A DNA stretch of 62,196 nt from an uncultured Enterobacteriaceae bacterium (GCA_964392105.1 CAYMPA010000002.1:1-62196); one strand, 5' to 3'. Counted from the stretch's first letter, positions 40,965-50,637 are shown. Notes: a model not told the origin generated them from the letters alone. Numbers and translations are program-made.

Positions 40965-42611
40965 ATGTCGACCAATCCATTGCATATTCTACTTGCACAG
41001 TTAAATCTCACTGTTGGAGACATTGAAGGCAATACAAACAAGATAATTGAATCTATAAATGAAGCCAGCGACGATTATAAGGCAGATATAATTATTTTCC
41101 CTGAACTCGCTATCAGTTCCTATCCGCCTGAAGATCTATTATTACGCCCTGCTTTTAATAATTATATAAATACGGCATTAGATAGAATCGTAGCAGAAAC
41201 CAGAAATATTCACGTAATACTTGGATACCCGTCAAAACAAAACGATAAACTCTATAACACATGTAGTCTTATATATAAAGGTACAATCAAACAAACGTAT
41301 TACAAGCAACAGCTTCCTAATTATGGTGTGTTTGATGAAAAAAGATACTTTACTCCTGGAAGTGAAACTTGCTTGTTTGAAATCAACGGAATAAATGCCG
41401 CGCTAAGCATATGTGAAGATATATGGGTGCCTGAACCAATAATAAATGCTTCTTCTGCGGGCGCAAAGATTATGTTTAATATTAATGCTTCACCCTACCA
41501 TAAAAATAGACTATTAGAACGTGAAAACATTATTTCAAAACAAGCACAAGATTCAAATATGCATATCGTCTATACCAACCTGGTTGGTGGACAAGATGAG
41601 CTTGTCTTTGATGGAAACTCAATGATAGTTGATAACAATGGTAAACTTGTTTTTCATGCGCCTCAGTTTGAAGAAGGTTTATTCAGTGTGCATCTAGATA
41701 TTGAACATCCTGAGTATCAGAGAAATAGTAACGTTCCTAATCCTCAGCCAGTTGAAGAAGAGAGTATTTATAACGCACTCGTTCTTGGGGTAAGGGATTA
41801 TGTCAGGAAAAATAACTTTAAAGGGGCTGTAATTGGACTGTCTGGTGGAATCGATTCTGCACTCACACTAAGCGTAGCTGTTGATGCATTGGGTCCTGGA
41901 AACGTTGAAGCCTTGATTATGCCCTCACGTTATACCGCAGATATGAGTATTGAAGATGCTTGCCTTCAAGCAAAAACTCTTTGTGTAGATCATGAAATAT
42001 TATCTATTGAGCAACCTTTTGATGCCTTTCTAAATGTACTTGATCCCCGTTTTAAAGACTTGCCTGCCGATACCACAGAAGAAAATATACAAGCTCGTTG
42101 CAGAGGTATTTTGTTAATGGCAGTTTCTAATAAAAGTGGCAAACTGGTCCTAACAACGGGTAACAAAAGTGAAATGTCTGTTGGTTACGCCACACTCTAT
42201 GGTGATATGGCAGGTGGCTACGCACCACTAAAAGACGTATGGAAAACCCTGGTTTACAGACTGGCAAAGTGGCGTAATACACAAAAAACAGTTATCCCGG
42301 AAAGAGTAATCAGCAGACCACCTACTGCAGAATTACGTCATGATCAAGTAGATCAGGATTCACTACCTGATTATGAAACACTGGATCCTGTCCTTGAGCA
42401 ATATATCGAACTGGATAAACACCCGGAACAAATTATTGCAAATGGCTACGATGCTGACACTGTATATAAAGTAATTGGCCTTGTAGACAGAAATGAATAC
42501 AAACGAAGACAAGCAGCGCCGGGGGTTCGAATAACTGAAAGGGCCTTTGGCAGAGATCGACGTTATCCGATTGCTTCAGGCTATAATGAAAATACAAATA
42601 AGAAAGGATAA
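40965..42611 (+). CDS. nadE: Glutamine-dependent NAD+ synthetase (CN-hydrolase + NAD synthetase domains)
   Basis: 548 aa. N-terminal nitrilase-like domain (FPELAISSYPPEDL, CEDIW) and C-terminal GLSGGIDSA PP-loop. Confidence 0.9.
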   Translation: MSTNPLHILLAQLNLTVGDIEGNTNKIIESINEASDDYKADIIIFPELAISSYPPEDLLLRPAFNNYINTALDRIVAETRNIHVILGYPSKQNDKLYNTCSLIYKGTIKQTYYKQQLPNYGVFDEKRYFTPGSETCLFEINGINAALSICEDIWVPEPIINASSAGAKIMFNINASPYHKNRLLERENIISKQAQDSNMHIVYTNLVGGQDELVFDGNSMIVDNNGKLVFHAPQFEEGLFSVHLDIEHPEYQRNSNVPNPQPVEEESIYNALVLGVRDYVRKNNFKGAVIGLSGGIDSALTLSVAVDALGPGNVEALIMPSRYTADMSIEDACLQAKTLCVDHEILSIEQPFDAFLNVLDPRFKDLPADTTEENIQARCRGILLMAVSNKSGKLVLTTGNKSEMSVGYATLYGDMAGGYAPLKDVWKTLVYRLAKWRNTQKTVIPERVISRPPTAELRHDQVDQDSLPDYETLDPVLEQYIELDKHPEQIIANGYDADTVYKVIGLVDRNEYKRRQAAPGVRITERAFGRDRRYPIASGYNENTNKKG

Positions 42612-42618
42612 ACTGTAT

Positions 42619-43143
42619 TTAGTGAAGTTGAAGTAATGCACCGACAACCGGTGAATCCATATCTTCTGACATTCTCGTCAACATTAAATAATTAAAATTA
42701 TTTTCCAATCTATTAATTGGATACCCACCTGGGTATGATTGATGACTGTTCGTATGCAGAACATGGATGTATTCGCATTCGCCTAAATGTTGGGCAATTT
42801 TATTGCCCATTACTTCTTCTGGCAAAGGCAATGGAAAAGCAAGTCTACGCGCATAATACATAAATTGTTCCTGATGTATTGTATAGACACATTTATCTTC
42901 TGGAATATATTGACTGACTTCAGTATAAGAATAAATCATTTTATTTAATATCTTGACTGTATTTACAGCGTCAGAATGGTTAGTCGCCGAGAACCAATAA
43001 TTGAAGTATCTGTATGATTTTAACTCTGAATGCACTTGCGCAAATAATCTATTAATTGCATAAAGATCTGTAGGTAAAAAGGTAAGCAAAACAATAAAAA
43101 CACTGGGTTCAAAAACACCACATGAAGTCTTTTTTAACAACAA
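42619..43143 (-). CDS. Hypothetical small exported protein
   Basis: 174-aa ORF with a TTG start and an N-terminal hydrophobic signal-like segment ending LYA. No motif recognised. Confidence 0.45.
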   Translation of the reverse strand: MLLKKTSCGVFEPSVFIVLLTFLPTDLYAINRLFAQVHSELKSYRYFNYWFSATNHSDAVNTVKILNKMIYSYTEVSQYIPEDKCVYTIHQEQFMYYARRLAFPLPLPEEVMGNKIAQHLGECEYIHVLHTNSHQSYPGGYPINRLENNFNYLMLTRMSEDMDSPVVGALLQLH

Positions 43144-43202
43144 CGCTACACTTCAAAGTTGAATTCACGTAATTAAATAATTAATTGAAAATAAAATTAT
43201 AA

Positions 43203-43976
43203 TTATTTAACCTCCACATCCTTTACGTCATAAATTCCGGGGTGGTTTGGGTAATTAAGCTCAAGGACTCGTAACGCATCATTCGAGAGATCATTCATTT
43301 CTAGTACACGGTAAGCTTTTGCCATGACGACCAACGCATCAGGAACAGATGGAGTGCGTGGATAATTTTCTACCACATATCTTGCCCTGTTTGCAGCAGC
43401 AACAAATGCTCCTCGGCGCATATAATAATTAGCAACATGAACTTCATTTTTTGCGAGAATATTTCGTAAATATCTCATCCGCTGCTCAGCATCTTCAGCA
43501 TACTCGCTATCCGGGAAACGCTTAACAAGCTCTAAAAATTCCTGAAAGGCTATAAGAGCGGCCCCAGGATCCCGTTGTGATTCATCAGTGGGCAAATAAC
43601 GCTGTGTAAAGCCTTTGCCTTTATTAAAATTCGCCAACCCTTTCAGATAATATGCATAATCAACATGTGCGTTTTGGGGATATAACTTTAGAAATCGATT
43701 GCATGCAGAAACAGCCGCATCAGGCTCATCATTTTTATAATAACTGTATGCCAGATCCAGCAGGGCTTGCTGGGCATGAGTCCCAAAAGGAAATCTTGAC
43801 TCCAGTTTTTGAAATAACTCAACTGATTCTTCGTAATTCCCCGATTCCTGTGCACCTTTTGCCTGGGTATAAAGACGGTCAGCATCCCAGCTTTCTGTCT
43901 CATCTTCTTTTTCACCACCAAAATAAGAACAACCGGAAAATACAAAAACCAGTAAAAAAATTATCAAATTACGCAT
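43203..43976 (-). CDS. bamD: Outer membrane protein assembly factor BamD (ComL)
   Basis: Lipobox LVFVFSGC, TPR-like repeats, YPNHP motif. Divergent from rluD, as in other gammaproteobacteria. Confidence 0.9.
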   Translation of the reverse strand: MRNLIIFLLVFVFSGCSYFGGEKEDETESWDADRLYTQAKGAQESGNYEESVELFQKLESRFPFGTHAQQALLDLAYSYYKNDEPDAAVSACNRFLKLYPQNAHVDYAYYLKGLANFNKGKGFTQRYLPTDESQRDPGAALIAFQEFLELVKRFPDSEYAEDAEQRMRYLRNILAKNEVHVANYYMRRGAFVAAANRARYVVENYPRTPSVPDALVVMAKAYRVLEMNDLSNDALRVLELNYPNHPGIYDVKDVEVK

Positions 43977-44024
43977 AGTATGTAGGTTAGCCTAATCCCA
44001 TCTTGAGGGCAAAGCTTCAAACAA

Positions 44025-44981
44025 ATGAGTAAACTTCACAGACAAACAATCATCCCTAAGGAGCTAGCAGGGAAGCGCCTTGATCTAGCTCTTTCAAAGT
44101 TATACCCGGAACATTCACGTTCTCGTATCCAGTCATGGATTAAGGCCGGAGACGTAAGTGTCAATAATTTAAGCTATAAACAAAGAGATGAAGTAGATTT
44201 TGGTGATGTTATTGAAATAGATACGGAAATTAATAATGCTGATAAATACCAACCTGAAGCAATAGATCTCAACATTATTCACGAAGATGATGCATTAATT
44301 ATTATTAACAAACCTGCAGGACTGGTTGTTCATCCCGGTGCAGGAAATCCAAATCACACTCTAGTTAATGCCTTACTAAACTTTGATGAAAACCTCGATG
44401 CCATACCTCGTGCAGGGATCATTCACCGCCTTGATAAAGATACAACAGGTGCTATGGTCGTTGCACGAACACTCGAATCACACACCTATTTAGTTAAAAA
44501 ACTCCAAAAACGGGATATAAAGCGCGAATACCAAACAATAGTTTGTGGACGTCTTACTGCGGGTGGTTCAATTGAGAATAGAATGGGTAGACACCCTATA
44601 CACCGAACCAAAATGGCAGTAACGAATAGCGGTAAAACAGCAGCGACACACTATAGAATACTGAATAAATTTCAGCACTATACTCATCTACGTGTTCAAC
44701 TCGAAACTGGCAGGACTCATCAAATTCGAGTTCACATGTCCTATATCAAGCACCCAATTGTCGGCGATCCTGTTTATGGAAATAATAACTCCATCAGAAA
44801 GGGAGTAAATTCATCACTACGTGAATTCATCAAAAATTATAAACGCCAGGCATTACATGCGTATGCACTTGAACTACCTCATCCAGTTACGGGGAATATT
44901 ATGAAATTTAATGCTGAATTACCCGATGATATGAAGTCATTAATAGAAGTGTTAAATATCAATGACCAGACAGATAAATAA
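44025..44981 (+). CDS. rluD: 23S rRNA pseudouridine(1911/1915/1917) synthase RluD
   Basis: S4 domain plus HRLDKDTTGAMVVA catalytic motif and TGRTHQIRVH. Confidence 0.92.
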   Translation: MSKLHRQTIIPKELAGKRLDLALSKLYPEHSRSRIQSWIKAGDVSVNNLSYKQRDEVDFGDVIEIDTEINNADKYQPEAIDLNIIHEDDALIIINKPAGLVVHPGAGNPNHTLVNALLNFDENLDAIPRAGIIHRLDKDTTGAMVVARTLESHTYLVKKLQKRDIKREYQTIVCGRLTAGGSIENRMGRHPIHRTKMAVTNSGKTAATHYRILNKFQHYTHLRVQLETGRTHQIRVHMSYIKHPIVGDPVYGNNNSIRKGVNSSLREFIKNYKRQALHAYALELPHPVTGNIMKFNAELPDDMKSLIEVLNINDQTDK

Positions 44982-45705
44982 TTTATGGCTTTGGGCAGAC
45001 TGGCCTGCACCGAAACATGTTCGTGCCGGCACATCTATCAGAACCGGGGGCCACAGCCAGGCCCCCTATAACGATCTTAACCTCGCACACCATGTAGGTG
45101 ACGAACCTGGTAATGTTAAAAATAATCGTGAAATCATATTCAATTATCTTGAATTAAAATCAGAGCCAATCTGGCTGGATCAAACTCATAGCTCAAACAT
45201 TATTTCTATTGACGCCGCACCTGAAAATCAGAAGGCGGACGGGAGTGTTACAACCAGACAAAATAAAGTTTGTGCTATCCTGACAGCAGATTGTGTTCCC
45301 GTTTTGTTTTGTAACAACAATGGTACAAAGATCGCTGCTATCCATGCGGGCTGGAAAGGAATCTGTTGCGGGATAATTGAAAACACTATTAAAGAATTTT
45401 CTGAACCTGAAACAATACTTGCATGGATTGGTCCCTGCATTAGCAGTGAATACTATGAAGTACGCAGAGATGTCTATATGGGTTGTTTAAATCACTCAGC
45501 CTCACTCAAAAGCGCATTCAATCAAATTAACGAAGATCATTGGTATTGTGATTTGACCAATATTGTAAAAATTATTCTAAAAAATACAGGAGTTGGCGCA
45601 ATTTATGAGTGCGGATTATGCACATATAAAATGGAAGAATTATTCTATTCATATCGGCGTGATGGCAATACCGGGCGTACAGCATCAATGATTTGGATGG
45701 AATAG
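44962..45705 (+). CDS. pgeF: Peptidoglycan editing factor PgeF (YfiH, Cu-oxidase_4 family)
   Basis: ADG..TADCVPVL..HAGWKG..CGLCT..FYSYRRDG motifs. It follows rluD. Confidence 0.88.
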   Translation: MTRQINNLWLWADWPAPKHVRAGTSIRTGGHSQAPYNDLNLAHHVGDEPGNVKNNREIIFNYLELKSEPIWLDQTHSSNIISIDAAPENQKADGSVTTRQNKVCAILTADCVPVLFCNNNGTKIAAIHAGWKGICCGIIENTIKEFSEPETILAWIGPCISSEYYEVRRDVYMGCLNHSASLKSAFNQINEDHWYCDLTNIVKIILKNTGVGAIYECGLCTYKMEELFYSYRRDGNTGRTASMIWME

Positions 45706-45715
45706 TATCAATAAT

Positions 45716-46097
45716 CCTAGAAACCGTAGTTGGAGGCGTTTGAGTGTTCGTTTTTCAAACTCATTTGCGTCGACTAAAAAGCCGCACATAGTTATGTACA
45801 GGACGTACGGTATGCTGGTTTTGCACGACTGCATGGACGCAGGAGGTAGAGCGACACAAGGAGTCAAAGCCGAGGAGCAAAAACCAGCGATTCTACGTAA
45901 GGCTTTTGCTGTCAAGCAAAGCTTCCGGGTCCTGCTCACGCTACTTACCTACGTCCATGTAGGCAAATGGGGCTGAAAAACGTGCAATCAAATGCATAGG
46001 CGTACTCACTCAGTGGATGAAGCGTTGAACTAACTATTATGATGATGTTTGATCTTGTATTGTTCTGATTCAGAGCCGTTCAACTGCGGTTTCTAGG
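45716..46097 (+). repeat. MITE-like G+C-enriched intergenic element, the best-defined family member, with 17-nt terminal inverted repeats
   Basis: CCTAGAAACCGTAGTTG (45716-45732) against CAACTGCGGTTTCTAGG (46081-46097), 16 of 17 complementary. Internal modules recur at 2372-2399, 47641-47728 (inverted) and 58430-58690. No conserved ORF. Confidence 0.75.
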
Positions 46098-46160
46098 GTA
46101 ATAGTCTAAGCTTTAGCCTTAAGCGTTTAAGAAGCTAAATTATAATCAGGGAGAAACAGA

Positions 46161-47588
46161 ATGGGGCAAAATAATAACAATAAAATGCTAAGCTTTAGCG
46201 AAAGTGTCAACTTTATGGTCGATCGCGCACTGACGGTTCTTGAGATTGATCCCGGTATTTCAGCAGCTATCAAGGCTTGTGATTCAACGATAAAAGTCAG
46301 TTTCCCGGTCGAGATCAACGGCAAAATCGAAGTATTTACCGGTTGGCGCTCAGTTCATAGTGATCATCGGTTACCTTCGAAAGGTGGTATTCGTTTCGCC
46401 CCTATCGTCAATGAGGATGAAGTCGAGGCCCTGGCATCACTGATGACCTATAAATGTGCCATTGTTGATGTCCCCTTTGGTGGATCAAAAGGAGGTCTGT
46501 TGATCGATCCTTCAAAATATACTCGTGATGACTTGCAACGAATCACTCGGCGATTCGCACGTGAACTTGTTCGAAAAGGATTTCTCAGTCCGGCCACCAA
46601 TGTTCCTGCACCGGATATGGGTACTGGCGAAAGGGAAATGGCATGGATCACCGATACTTATAAACATCTTCATCCTGAAGACATAAATTATATTGCATGC
46701 GTAACAGGAAAACCGGTTGCACATGGTGGCCTCCGCGGTAGAACCGAAGCCACCGGCCGTGGTGTTGTTTATGCAATCCGTGAATTTTTTCGCAATGCAG
46801 ATGATGTTGAAGCAGCGGGGTTAAAACCTGGTATTGGTGGAAAGAGCATCGTAATCCAGGGTTTGGGTAATGTTGGTTACCATGCCGCAAAATTACTGGA
46901 TGAAGAGGATGATTGTAAGATTATTGCCATTATAGAAAGAGATGGCGTACTAATTAATGAAGAAGGAATAAAAGTTGAAGACGTTCGCATGCATATTAAT
47001 GAACACAAAACTATCAAGGGATTTCCAGATGCTAGATTCTCTGAAGATGGTGCATCAGGTTTAGAAATTGATTGTGACATCCTGATCCCAGCTGCAATGG
47101 AGGCGCAGATTACAAAAAAGAACGCTGAAAATATTAATACAAAGCTGATCATTGAAGCAGCAAACGGACCAGTCACATTTGAAGCCGACGATATTTTACG
47201 ACACCGTGGAATTACAATATTACCTGATGCTTATGTTAATGCAGGTGGTGTGACCGTCTCGTATTTTGAATGGGTACGTAATCTTGCACATATACGATTT
47301 GGTCGCATGGAAAGACGACACGATGAAATGCGAGGGGCACATATGGTACAAGCTCTCGAAACGATGACTGGAAAACAATCAGAAGACTGGATGCAAAAAG
47401 AGTTGGTATATGGTGCCGACGAACTAGACCTGGTTCGCTCTGGACTCGATGATACAATGCGTAACAGTTATCAACAATTAAAAGAAACATACGACTCCAA
47501 TGACAAAATAAATGATTTCAGGACAGCATCATATGTAGTAGCAATACAAAAATTAGTGCGTTCATATATTGATATCGGTGTTTATTAA
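46161..47588 (+). CDS. gdh: Glutamate dehydrogenase, GLUD-like ~50-kDa class
   Basis: KGGIRF, ALASLMTYKCAIVDVPFGGSKGG, VPAPDMGTGEREMAWI, GLGNVG, VSYFEWVRNL motifs. 475 aa. Confidence 0.9.
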   Translation: MGQNNNNKMLSFSESVNFMVDRALTVLEIDPGISAAIKACDSTIKVSFPVEINGKIEVFTGWRSVHSDHRLPSKGGIRFAPIVNEDEVEALASLMTYKCAIVDVPFGGSKGGLLIDPSKYTRDDLQRITRRFARELVRKGFLSPATNVPAPDMGTGEREMAWITDTYKHLHPEDINYIACVTGKPVAHGGLRGRTEATGRGVVYAIREFFRNADDVEAAGLKPGIGGKSIVIQGLGNVGYHAAKLLDEEDDCKIIAIIERDGVLINEEGIKVEDVRMHINEHKTIKGFPDARFSEDGASGLEIDCDILIPAAMEAQITKKNAENINTKLIIEAANGPVTFEADDILRHRGITILPDAYVNAGGVTVSYFEWVRNLAHIRFGRMERRHDEMRGAHMVQALETMTGKQSEDWMQKELVYGADELDLVRSGLDDTMRNSYQQLKETYDSNDKINDFRTASYVVAIQKLVRSYIDIGVY

Positions 47589-47599
47589 CGTGAAGAGTG

Positions 47600-47830
47600 C
47601 ACTAGCAATTGCTGGAAAATTAGTTCCAGACATTTTCAACCGCCTATATCCGTATAGGCGTCCTCGACTTTATCTCCTGAGTCGTTCTACCTCCTGCGTA
47701 CCCTCAAGGGGCATCGAGATCCATGCAGCCGTGCATTGCTAGTATTTCTGCCTCACCCCTCAAGGGAGTGCCGAGGTCCATGGTGGTCAAAAATGTAGCG
47801 TTGCACATTTGAGGATTCACTTTTCTGAAA
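47600..47830 (-). repeat. MITE-like family member in inverted orientation, with an internal ~60-nt tandem half-duplication
   Basis: 47687-47728 is the exact reverse complement of 58430-58471 (42 nt). The flanking module 47661-47686 matches 45850-45877. A second degenerate unit lies at 47748-47783. Confidence 0.7.
47641..47660 (+). terminator. Hairpin downstream of gdh, part of the repeat element
   Basis: CGCCTATAtccgTATAGGCG: a perfect 8-bp stem with a 4-nt loop, 53 nt after the gdh stop. There is no clean T-run, so terminator function is uncertain. Confidence 0.35.
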
Positions 47831-47833
47831 GCA

Positions 47834-47861
47834 CTTGAATATTCGTGACATGACCTCATTT
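47834..47861 (+). promoter_or_regulatory. Sigma-32-like heat-shock promoter for clpB
   Basis: CTTGAAT, a 14-nt spacer, then CCTCATTT, against the consensus CTTGAAA-N13-15-CCCCATNT. It ends 32 nt upstream of the clpB ATG. Confidence 0.45.
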
Positions 47862-47892
47862 TATAATCATTGGTATAAATTGAGATAAAAAA

Positions 47893-50484
47893 ATGCGCCC
47901 TGATAAATTGACGACAAAATTACAATTGGCACTGGCCGACGCCCAGAGTCTGGCAGTTGGTCGCGAACATCAATATATAGAACCCGTCCATTTGGCTCAC
48001 ACCTTACTTAATCAAGAAGGTGGAACGCTGCCTCACATACTCTCCAGTTCAGGAATTAACCTAAACAAACTAGGAAGTAAGATCATTAAATTACTTGACT
48101 CTATGCCAACTGTAACTGGTTCAGCAGGTGATGTGCATATAAGCCGAGACCTGGATCGATTATTAAACGTAATGGACAAGGCTGCCCAGGATCGAAATGA
48201 TGACTTTATTGCCAGTGAACTCTTTGCCGTTGCTGCATTGGAGGATAAAGGCAAACTAGGTGAACTTTTCAGACAAAGTGGTACTGATAAAACTAAATTG
48301 AATAATGCTATTGATGCAATACGCGGTGGCGAAAAAATCAGTGATTCAAATGCCGAAGAAAATAGACAGGCACTGGAAAAATTTACAAATGACCTTACTG
48401 CCCGGGCTGAAAACGGAAAACTGGATCCTGTAATAGGTCGCGATGAAGAGATACGACGTACTATCCAGGTTTTACAACGACGCACTAAAAATAACCCTGT
48501 CTTAATTGGCGAACCCGGTGTTGGTAAAACCGCTATTGTTGAAGGATTGGCGCAACGTATTGTCAATGGTGAAGTCCCTGAATTATTAAAACAAAAAAAA
48601 TTACTGGCACTTGATATGGGTGCATTAATTGCTGGTGCCAAATTTCGAGGGGAATTTGAAGAACGTTTAAAAGCTGTATTGAATGATCTCTCAAAACAGG
48701 AAGGACAAATAATCTTGTTCATCGATGAAGTACATACGATGGTGGGTGCAGGAAAAGCCGAAGGTGCAATGGATGCTGGAAATATGCTAAAACCAGCTTT
48801 GGCCAAGGGAGAACTTCATTGTATTGGCGCTACTACCCTGGATGAATATCGTGAAAATATTGAGAAAGATGCTGCCCTGGAACGTCGTTTCCAAAAGGTA
48901 CTTGTAAATGAGCCAAATGTTGATGACACCATTGCAATACTTCGTGGACTTAAAGAGCGTTATGAAGTACACCATAATGTACAGATCACTGATCCCGCTA
49001 TAGTTGCTGCTGCAACTTTATCTAACCGATATATCACTGATAGACAATTACCCGACAAGGCAATCGATCTGATTGATGAATCTGCAAGCCGCATCAGTAT
49101 AGAAATTCATTCAAAGCCGGAATCTATGGATCGACTTGAACGTCGACTGATTCAAATGAAAATTGAACGTGAGGCACTAAAAAAAGAAACTGATGCTGCA
49201 TCAAAGAAACGTCTGCAATTACTTGAGGCAGAAATTAAAGATACTGAGCGCGAATTCACAGACCTGGAAGAAATATGGATCTCGGAAAAAGCCGCCTTAC
49301 AGGGTACACACAATATTAAAGAAAAACTTGAACAGGCTAGAATCAATTTTGAAGCTGCCAAACGAGCTGGTGATTTAAACCAGATGTCAGAACTCCAGTA
49401 TGGCGTAATTCCAGAGCTTGAAAAGCAACTGGATATGGCAAGCCAGGCTGAAATGCAAGATATGAAATTGCTTCGGAATAAAGTAACAGAGAATGAAATT
49501 GCAGAAGTCGTTGCAAACTGGACAGGAATCCCTGTAAGTAAAATGCTTGAAGGCGAACGTGAAAAATTACTGACCATGGAAGATGTACTACATAAGCGTG
49601 TAGTCGGTCAAGATCAGGCGATTACTGCCGTTGCTAATGCAATTCGCCGTTCGCGTGCCGGACTTTCTGATCCAGACAAACCCAATGGCAGTTTCCTTTT
49701 TCTGGGACCAACAGGCGTTGGTAAAACAGAGTTATGCAAAAGCTTGACTGAATTTTTATTTGATAGTGAAGATGCCATGATCCGGATCGATATGTCTGAA
49801 TACATGGAAAAGCATGCTGTTGCAAGGCTGATTGGCGCACCACCTGGCTATGTTGGCTTTGAACAGGGCGGATATTTAACCGAAGCGGTCAGACGTCGTC
49901 CCTATAGCCTGATTTTACTGGACGAGATTGAAAAGGCCCATGCAGATGTATTTAATATTTTATTGCAAGTACTTGATGATGGGCGTTTGACCGATGGTCA
50001 TGGTCGTACAGTTGATTTTCGCAATACCGTTATTGTGATGACTTCTAATCTCGGTTCTAACCTGATACAGGAAATGTCTGCCGATTCTGAATATGACAAC
50101 ATGAAAGAAATTGTAATGCATGAAGTCAGTAATTATTTCAGGCCTGAATTTCTCAATCGAATCGATGAAGTTGTCGTTTTTCATGCCTTGGTACAAAAAC
50201 AAATTATGGCAATAGCAGAAATTCAGATTGAACATTTACGCAAACGATTAAATGAGCAGGATATCACATTGGAATTAAGCACTGACGCAATCAATAACCT
50301 GGGTCAGGCAGGATTTGATCCAGTATATGGTGCACGACCACTAAAACGTGCTATTCAAGATAAACTCGAAACTCCAATAGCTGAAAAAATCCTGGCAGGA
50401 CAATATGGGCCAGGATCACTGATAAAAGTTGGCATGGCAGATGGAAAATTACAACTTTCTGAACTTGAGATAGATGCAGCTTAA
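47893..50484 (+). CDS. clpB: Disaggregase chaperone ClpB
   Basis: 863 aa. Two AAA+ modules ([18 protein letters not shown]), a middle coiled-coil domain and a Clp N-domain. Confidence 0.97.
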   Translation: MRPDKLTTKLQLALADAQSLAVGREHQYIEPVHLAHTLLNQEGGTLPHILSSSGINLNKLGSKIIKLLDSMPTVTGSAGDVHISRDLDRLLNVMDKAAQDRNDDFIASELFAVAALEDKGKLGELFRQSGTDKTKLNNAIDAIRGGEKISDSNAEENRQALEKFTNDLTARAENGKLDPVIGRDEEIRRTIQVLQRRTKNNPVLIGEPGVGKTAIVEGLAQRIVNGEVPELLKQKKLLALDMGALIAGAKFRGEFEERLKAVLNDLSKQEGQIILFIDEVHTMVGAGKAEGAMDAGNMLKPALAKGELHCIGATTLDEYRENIEKDAALERRFQKVLVNEPNVDDTIAILRGLKERYEVHHNVQITDPAIVAAATLSNRYITDRQLPDKAIDLIDESASRISIEIHSKPESMDRLERRLIQMKIEREALKKETDAASKKRLQLLEAEIKDTEREFTDLEEIWISEKAALQGTHNIKEKLEQARINFEAAKRAGDLNQMSELQYGVIPELEKQLDMASQAEMQDMKLLRNKVTENEIAEVVANWTGIPVSKMLEGEREKLLTMEDVLHKRVVGQDQAITAVANAIRRSRAGLSDPDKPNGSFLFLGPTGVGKTELCKSLTEFLFDSEDAMIRIDMSEYMEKHAVARLIGAPPGYVGFEQGGYLTEAVRRRPYSLILLDEIEKAHADVFNILLQVLDDGRLTDGHGRTVDFRNTVIVMTSNLGSNLIQEMSADSEYDNMKEIVMHEVSNYFRPEFLNRIDEVVVFHALVQKQIMAIAEIQIEHLRKRLNEQDITLELSTDAINNLGQAGFDPVYGARPLKRAIQDKLETPIAEKILAGQYGPGSLIKVGMADGKLQLSELEIDAA

Positions 50485-50637
50485 CTGGAATATCGACTAA
50501 TTATTGATAAAAAGTCCGGATTTATATCATTTCAAGGCATTCAACCCTATTTATGAGCTAAAACAGTTGGTTATTTACGTCATATAATCTAATATTTAAC
50601 CGAAATACTTGATAACAAAAGGTCAAGAACCCGGTAA

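Noticed and set aside
45685-45976. ORFs 45685-45939(-) and 45740-45976(+) inside the repeat element as a mobile-element protein
   Set aside because: They overlap each other on opposite strands and lack SD sequences. The homologous element copies at 47600-47830 and 58380-58690 do not preserve either reading frame.
45716-46097. The element as tmRNA, RNase P RNA or 6S RNA, and the gdh unit as an integron cassette
   Set aside because: It has no tRNA-like acceptor end (GGGG...CCACCA) or tag ORF, no RNase P conserved GGAAAGUCCGG-type core, and no 6S-like long bulged duplex. There is no intI gene and no attC-type RYYYAAC/GTTRRRY core pair.
48033-48806. 257-aa ORF antisense to clpB
   Set aside because: It lies entirely within and antisense to an unambiguous clpB coding region. 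The product is a low-complexity Ser/Pro/Ala-rich sequence, typical of antisense frames of highly conserved genes.
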